Below, piece after piece: positions 33,791-42,205 of a stretch of DNA of 42,205 bases. The DNA is from Octopus sinensis (Eukaryota). The stretch is from positions 1-42,205 of the forward strand of contig NW_021835182.1 in the NCBI RefSeq assembly GCF_006345805.1. The letters run 5' to 3'. A program made the position numbers and the translations under genes. Positions within the stretch are counted from its first letter, which is position 1; each line of letters starts with the position of its first letter. The notes beneath the pieces are model-generated. The model had not been told where the DNA came from, made no database searches, and saw only the letters and a list, made by a program, of their open reading frames with translations.

Positions 33791-35425
33791 AGTGTTCCAC
33801 TGATTTACCCTGACACTCCTCGGCTCTTCAAACACTTGTGATATTCCACCGCTCTTCAAATCATTCTGCTCCCCCCCCCCCACCCGAATGCTGTCAAAGT
33901 CAGTCACAGCTGGACACCAAGTGTTTGATAATATTATATTAAATAACCCGATAGATCTTATGAGACCAATTTTATGGAACTCGAATGAAATAGTTGTAAA
34001 ACGAAAGGAATCAATCCGTTCAACGATGAATTCCTTGAAATACGACAATCTTCTAAAAAGCTAAAGTTACCTCCCAGAAGATTATCGCGAAAGCTTGAAG
34101 AATTTACATGGAATTGAGCGAAGCCCATTTTAAAAGTAGATATTTAAAAGTTCGCTTTCAAGTATGAAACCAAGTAAAATGTACATTTATCAAGAGCTGT
34201 AAGGGTGGGGCTGAAACCATGGTCAGATGGAAATAGATATTGGACCGAACAAATGACAAATAGTATATTTCTTCTCTTAGGAAAAGAGCAACCGAGGGAG
34301 ACACTAGGTGGTTCGTTGGATTTTCCCGACATAGTAACCAAACCTACCTCAAACTATATCATAAATCATCTAAAAAAGATACGCAAAATACATTAGATAA
34401 CTTGCTCTTAGATGAGCTGGTTCTGAAAATAAGTTGCAATAGTTGCAGCTGTGGCGCTTTTGATTACAACAATGCCAGTGTGAGGGCGGGTCAGGAATAG
34501 GCAGATATATTTTAAATCAACGTTTTGATGGGTTTTTTTATTTGTTCAGCCACGTGACCAGGTCACGAGGGCACACTTATGTGTTTTCAATTCATAAACG
34601 AAATGAAAAAAAAAAATACAACAATCATATCGAATGGCAGACAACTCGAATTATAGCGGTGAGATAACGTTCTACTGATCTTATATACGTCACATGCTTC
34701 TGTGTAATAATAAACGGTATTATCACGCATCAAAGGTACTTTTAGTGTATCTTCTATGTATGTGTGTATACATGCATGTGTGTGTGTGTGTTCAATCGTA
34801 ACATTAAACGTTTACCCTGAGTCTGTCGCCAATTTCAATATGAAATAAAGATCCTTGTTTGAAATGGCATCTGAAGAATGCGAAAATTTTAATTAAAGGA
34901 TGTAGTATCCAGTTATATGCAGATACACCATGAATGTATATTTGTGTGCGTGTTGTGTATGTAATATATATGTTAGTGTTTTTCTTGTGTGCGTTTGTGT
35001 GAAATACACATACACGTAAATATATGTAAACGAAAAATCTATTCTGTCTAGGGTTTGGAGTTACCTTTTACCGTTAAGAGTAATTTGGCAGAAGAATTAC
35101 TTCCTTGCAAAAGCATCATCCCGATTTCTTGCTCGCTTGTTTTAGTACTTGCGTGTATATTTGTATGCACATATGTGTACATATGTGTACATGTATGTAT
35201 ACATATATGTGTACGTATATCTGCCTGTCTGTATGTAGTCAGGGTGCTGTTTTTACGCGTCATACTTTTAGTTACATATTAAATATTCTAAACACACACA
35301 CACACACACGTATATATATAATATATATATATTTATATATGTATGTATATATATATATATTTATGTATGTATATATATATATATTTATATGTGTATGTAT
35401 ATATATATTTATATATGTATGTATA

Positions 35426-35477
<52 letters not shown>

Positions 35478-36007
35478 ACATATCTCTATGAAGCGTTCTT
35501 CGTGATATATAATAGCGTTTCACATTAAAAACAACAACAAAAAATAACTAGAAAAACTAGAATGGAAAACTTCTTTTAGCTCAGATTATCCTGGCAATTT
35601 GAAAGCAAAATCTCCCTAAAGAATTGATAAGGTCTTAAGTCCTATTAAATCTGATAGTCAAAGATTTTTGTCTACTGGTGAAGACAATTGGTAAAAGGAA
35701 TGTTCAGGTTTCGCTCTTGTTACGTATCATCGTCTATCTGTACTTTCATTGCTGTTGACCCGAAGATTTAGTCAAACACTTTATTATAAAAGTATAAATT
35801 ATAATAAAGTCTCTGGTTTTATTCTGCTCTCGGATATATTACTCAGTAAATTATTCAGATATCTCGAGTAACAGACGAAAATTGGACAAATTATGCTTAA
35901 TACCTAATTGTAGGTGGGATATACACGGATCCACATGAAGTTCTAAGTAAAACAGCAATTCCTCCCATTTTCTCTTTCTCTCATTTGTTACACACACACA
36001 CACACAT

Positions 36008-36582
36008 ACGGCAGACTTTCAGATTCCTCAATTAAATTCATTCACAAGTCTTTGGTCGATCCGAGGCTATAGTAGAAGACATTTGCCGAAGTTAACATGC
36101 GGTGAGGCTGAATCCGGAACCATGTGATTGAGAAGCAAGCTTCTTATTTCTTTACTACCCACAAGAGGCTACACACAGAGGGGACAAACAAGGATAGACA
36201 AACGGATTAAGTCGATTATATCGACACCAGTGCATAACTAGTACTTATTTAATCGACCCCGAAAGGATGAAAGGCAAAATCGACCTTGGCGGAATTTGAG
36301 CTCAGAACGTAGCGGCAGACGAAATACCTATTTCTTTATTACCCACAAAGGGCTAAACACAGAGGGGACAAACAACGACAGACAAACGGATTAAGTCGAT
36401 TATATCGACACCAGTGCATAACTGGTACTTATTTAATCGACCCCGAAAGGATGAAAGCAAAGTCGACCTCGGCGGAATTTGAGCTCAGAACGTAGCGGCA
36501 GACGAAATACCGCCAAGCATTTCGCCCGACGTGTTAACGTTTCTACCAGCTCGCCGCTTCTTACTATACAGCTACGCCTGCT
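36008..36582 (-). mobile_element. Family-2 SINE (5' part) interrupted by the insertion below
   Basis: ..GGAACCATGTGATTGAGAAGCAAGCTTCTTA (to 36146) resumes as GCTTCTTACTATACAGCTACGCCTGCTCC (from 36556), matching the uninterrupted copy at 4501-4535. Confidence 0.8.
36145..36557 (-). mobile_element. Nin/Deu-like-core SINE, dimer with head (184-nt period), flanked by GCTTCTTA direct repeats
   Basis: Units at 36145 and 36329; head 36510-36557; TSD-like GCTTCTTA at 36139-36146 and 36556-36563. Confidence 0.9.
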
Positions 36583-37159
36583 CCACGCCTGTGCCACATC
36601 TGCGCGTAAATATATTTCCTGTAAGGTGTTTATTTGAGAATAACGCTCAAAAATACAGAAATATTTGTTTCAACACAGTTTCTTATCGACAGATAAAACA
36701 ATTATGCGATGTGTATGTGATGTGCTTAGACTTGCGTGCGTCTAGATGTGCATGTCTGCGCGTGCGTATAAGTATATACAGTTTTGATGTATTGAATACA
36801 ACACTGTCCCACCGATCTAATTTGGACGCAAAATGTAATCGATAGCAGAATGTAATCGATAAATTATTACTGATTAAAGTCAATACATGGTATTCATCTC
36901 CATGATAAATATGAAACTATTGAGAAACATAGCGTCAAAAACTTGTGAAAATACGTCTTGAATATTTGGACCACGTCCTGTTTTTCTGTAGACCGAATTA
37001 GCGATTTGGTTGGTGAACAAGCGTCAGTAAGATGCAACGGTAATTGCCATTTGCTACCTCATAAACACAACGCGGCTTGTGGCTGGTCACGGTTTCGAAC
37101 ATACCAAGATACGAATTAAGCGAAATAAAAACAGAAATATTTGCCTATATATATATAAT

Positions 37160-37298
37160 ACAGTGTACATTTAAACACATTAAGAGGTTTCCATCATAGG
37201 ACTCCCTTACGCTAAAGTCCAAACCACTAATTAGGGTTCTTTCTAGCGCAAGGGAGTCCTATGATGGAAATCTCTTAATGTGTTCAAATGTTCATTGT
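37160..37298. repeat. Inverted repeat (55-bp arms, 29-nt loop) next to (TA)n
   Basis: 37160-37214 pairs with 37244-37298, including TTTCCATCATAGGACTCCCTT / AAGGGAGTCCTATGATGGAAA. Confidence 0.9.
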
Positions 37299-37671
37299 AT
37301 TTTATATGAATAATATATCGTCTATTGACTAATTTTTCTATACGCTAGGCCACTGGTAGTAAGAATTTCTAAAATCTTTATTAACCTGATATTATTAATT
37401 ATATATATATATAGCGGATCTATTTTTAGTGCAAGAGTCGACCACATAGTGGTTACTCTCTTATATTTACGTATAAAATTTATTGTATTCCTGGTTTTTA
37501 TGCACAAGGCCACTTGGTGTTAAATGGATGTACTATTAAATTAGTATCCAATTTTCTCACCCTTATTAGTTGATTGTAATTATACTACATTTAATTTTTG
37601 ATGTATTATCTGTTTCCGTGAATTTTGGCGGACTGTGGCGGGGGCACTTGGAATTATATATATATATATAC

Positions 37672-37717
<46 letters not shown>

Positions 37718-39519
37718 ATATATATATATATATTATATCATAATAACACTATATGGTCAAAGATTTTTCCACGGGAACTTAGTTCAATTTGAAAACTCCA
37801 CCAGAATGGACGCAAGCGCTAATATATGATATAAGTTATATAATGTATAAAAACATGTAATATACATATAAATATCTGTAAATATAAAACCATCCGAATT
37901 TCTGAGTACCTCATTTCTTCTAATATAAAATACCTGTACATCATCTCCAAACCTACTAATATAAATATATATATATATACATATGTTAAAGTAAAAATAT
38001 TTCCAGTAGACTCAACTGTGGTAGAAGACACTGGCACTGGAGTATTAGGATTAAAGCTCGTGTCTGAGTATAACATACTCCTATTGACCGATACCTACAT
38101 GGTGGAAGTCGACTGGTGACCGAGTAAGATCATTTCTTAAACTCATTTAATTCCAAGAAACACTTTACGTTTGGTTTCCTTATCGCTAATGACATCTCGT
38201 ATGACTCTTCAGGCCAACAAGTCATGACTTGCAAGTCATTCGCATTGATCACATACATACATACATACCAACATGTATGCGTACATATATATATATATAT
38301 TATATATATAATATATATATATATACACGCACACATATATAACTATATAAACATACATATTTGTATTGTAGACATATATACCTGCGTGCATACAAACATA
38401 TATACAAAAATGCGTGTATCTGTACACGAGCATTCAAACACGTTCACAGTGTTTTATAGATAACTGGAATAGTAACAGATAGATGATGATAAGTTGAGAG
38501 AGAGAGCGGGGAGAGAAACAGGGGGAGGAAGACAGAGACAGTAGCAGAGAGGAGGAGGGGAGGAGGAAGAGATAGGCATAGACACTATCGTAAAAGAAGC
38601 AATTAATTGGACCGGAATAATTTTGGTTTAAAGCTATGATAGTCTTGATAAAAGGTCCTGGAGGGGGGGGGGGCACGGAGTTGTGAAGGTAGGGGTCGGG
38701 TGGTATTAGAATCATGTGTCCTGTCACTTGTAGCGGGAGCAAGGAGGATGTTCCTTCTGTATAGAGGGGCTGTAAAATGAGCGAGATAAGGGTGGGAGAG
38801 AGGGGAGAGAGGAGGAGGAGGGTTAAAGGGGTGAAAGAAACAATGTTGTTTCACATATCGTGAGATTTTATTTCAATTTTTATGATTCTCATTTAACTAG
38901 CATCTATCCATCCATCCATTCATCCACCCGTCCGTCCACCCACCCGACATCCCATCTGCGCCCCCTCCTCATATAGATCTCAGGGAGAAAGGAAAACAAA
39001 CAAGAAAAGATAATCCATTGATAGCATTCCTCTTTATCTTTATCTTTATCATCATCACCATCTTCATCATAATCATCGTCATCATCGTCATCATCATCAT
39101 CATCGTCGTCGTCGTCGTCGTCATCATCATCATTATGGCATGTTATTGTTATTGGTGGATGTGTTGCTGTCGAGAAAGGGGTGGATTCTCACTACCCACT
39201 TTTATAAGCCTACACACACACACATGTACAGACACAGATATACACACACCATACGCAAACACAAACACGTGCACGCACATACACACACACGCACATCACA
39301 CACACACACACACAGAGTTTCATCTCCTCTTCATTTCCTGTAGACTCGACATTGCGGTCTTAACAGTAAATTAAGGCTGATGCCGAAGCGAGATAACTAC
39401 CCAAACATACACACATACACACACACACACGTACACACACATACACACACACACACGTACACACACATACACACACACACACGCACTCACGAATAAATAC
39501 ACATATAAAAATACATGCA

Positions 39520-39552
<33 letters not shown>

Positions 39553-39636
39553 TTCATTGCTTGTAGGCATTAACCCTCATTTCTCTTCATACCCATACGC
39601 ATATACATGGTGTATATATTAATTATTAGTACATGC

Positions 39637-39671
<35 letters not shown>

Positions 39672-40920
39672 TCTCTCTTTAGTCACACGCGCACGCGGTA
39701 ACACGACACATATGTACTCCACAGGATACATGAGAAATATTCTTAGAGATGTGTGTGAGTATATATATGAGTATATATATAAGAGTGTATAAAGATATAT
39801 ACACAAAGACCCATGGCATATATATGGCTATCTATTTATCCATGTATTTCTCTCTCACTGTATATATATATATATATATATATAATTCATATTATCTAAT
39901 ACATATATATATATACATATATATATATAAACATATAAATATATACAATATATATACATATATATATAATTCATATATATACATATATATATATATATAA
40001 TATATATTATATATATATATATAGTATATATACTACATATATAAATAAATATATAATATAATACATATATATATAATATATACATATATACATATGTATA
40101 TATATAATTCTAAATATATATATAATTCATATATATAATCCTATGCTGATGGTAATGGTAGGGGTATATTAATGATACTTGTGGTAGAGAATAGATTTCT
40201 TGTGGTGATGGTTGTGCTGGTGATGATGATACGTTTGGGGTTATGTGTGTGCGCGTGCATGTGTGTATTGTGTATGTGCCTGTCGAAGAATGGTTATTGG
40301 AAGTCCTGTGTGTGTGTGTGTGTGTGTGTGTGTGATTTCCGTGTGTAATTGAGTCCTGCTGCGAGATGTAGGTTATCACTGAATGAGAAGATAAAAATCA
40401 AGAGTCAGAAAGGTGAAGACATTCCCCAACTATCAGGGATCATTTGTGCTTGACATTTTCTCTGATCCCACAATTTCTTCTCACAGTCTCGACCCTCTTC
40501 CTTAAACGTGTCATAATTATATTATTACTACCATATCACCTCTCACTTTCACCCTGTCCCGCTTACTTTAAGGTATTTATGTGGCCCCTAAAACACAGTT
40601 TTCTTCAGTTTCCCGTTTATCGCTTTCCTCTCTTCTAAATTTAGACGTTTCCCAGAAAATCGCTGGCCTCCTTTTGAAACAAAAATTCCTTCTCTTCTGT
40701 TCAAGTTTTCTCCTTTCTATCTCATTCTTTCCTCATTAAATTCACTCTCTCTCTTTCAATTACGGCTCTCCCTTTTCAATCATATTTCTCCCCTTAAATC
40801 ATTCCTACCGTCTTTATTTAGTTACCCCCTGTCTTCCACCCTCCTTATTTTTAAAGAAACAATTGAGACCCAACTGCTTAAAAATACCAACTTAACATGT
40901 TGTATGTATGTATGTATATA

Positions 40921-41238
<318 letters not shown>

Positions 41239-41581
41239 ATTTGGGAGCAAAGACGATGAACGATTTCTTTTGCATACACTCGGAAAAACAATGACGACAC
41301 TTTAAACTCTATTATAGCCGATGAAACTAACGTGGTTATCCGTATAGCATAACACACGGTCACATGAAGAATCGCATTTACCAGGAAATCCCGAGTAGAG
41401 AAACCACAATGTTAATATGCTCTACGTGTTGAGTACGCTTTCTTAAATCCCAAAACGTCCAGAACAACTGGCGCAAAGGAAAATAGTTCCACCGTGCCCT
41501 ATTCAGAATTGCATCGCAGTTTTATCGCAATATCGACCACACCATCAGATGCTGTTATATACCGCTGCTCACAATGTGCTT

Positions 41582-41825
41582 CTAGTTCTGTCTTGATTGT
41601 GCCTTTCTTTTCCATCTTGATCTAAGTTTATTTAACTAAATCGTCTTCCCATCGTCGTGGGGCCTTCCAAGTGGCCTTTTTCCGATGTCTTGGATACTAT
41701 TGCTTGACAGCTACACGGATCCAACTGTTGTCTGTTGACCTTTAAACATGTCAGGCCCAGCGCAACTTGTTTTAGGTACTCTACGATCACATCGTTCTCT
41801 TCGCTCCATTCTCGAATTATCTAAA
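41582..41825 (-). mobile_element. RTE-like LINE, 3' coding remnant
   Basis: Disrupted translation IIREWS..DVI..KLRWA*HV*RSTDNSW..YPRHRK.RPLGRP.RRWEDDL..WKRKAQSR matches the WAGHV.R..D.RW..RP.GRP..RW.D C-terminal signature of RTE-type elements. Confidence 0.8.
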
Positions 41826-41853
41826 GACAGGTTCCATCTTTTGTCCTATAACC

Positions 41854-41919
<66 letters not shown>

Positions 41920-42205
41920 CACACAAACGCAAACTATAGCCATCACATCACTTGCAAGCGAGTATTACCCAGTAGCTTCTGCCCTGTTTTCACTGATTGC
42001 TTTAGGTGTCTATGTAGCTGTGAATTAGCACAGACACCCTCTCGACTCTCCTACCGTTCGACCCAGCAGCACATCAGAGATGAGACAGCTTTTAGGAGAG
42101 GGATCTGCGCAAAACTTTCAGCTGGGTAGACTGGAACTGTCTTAATATCATAGACAGAATGCACCAATAGATCCAGGATTCGAAATTCACGACCTTATGA
42201 TCGTG

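Noticed and set aside
33746-34396. ORFs 33746..34048 (-) and 34205..34396 (+) as exons of a second gene
   Set aside because: No recognisable family motif, part overlaps a decayed SINE, and there is no consistent splice structure.
38160-38220. Minus-strand CTGAAGA...GAAAC...GTA as a hammerhead
   Set aside because: Stem II does not close next to GAAA, and the stem I strands are not complementary.

Overview
Eukaryotic, AT-rich and microsatellite-saturated genomic DNA. The SINE families look like those of octopus (an inference from recall, not a search). There is no prokaryotic gene, CRISPR array, rRNA or true tRNA. The one host gene is a + strand SLC16/MCT-family (MFS) monocarboxylate transporter with three phase-compatible internal exons (3404-3547, 23067-23310, 24361-25289; 1317 nt). 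Its first and last coding exons were not found in the window. The 144-nt exon is missed by the ORF track because it carries an in-frame TAA bracketed by compensating +1/-1 shifts. The introns hold tRNA-derived SINEs, Tc1/mariner-type remnants and MITEs, Dong/R4-like, RTE-like and possibly Tx1-like LINE fragments, and a Penelope-like GIY-YIG remnant. Four non-coding signals stand out. (1) A well-formed type I hammerhead ribozyme (11632-11722) lies sense to the host pre-mRNA, overlapped by a perfect 42-bp inverted repeat that would mask its cleavage site, and next to the GIY-YIG remnant. (2) SINE multimers with an exact 184-nt period and the same tail-to-anticodon-arm junction occur at three loci. 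(3) Several long fold-back elements sit beside (TA)n tracts. (4) Two weaker hammerhead-like motifs are present. Nearly all other ORFs in the track are microsatellite artefacts.
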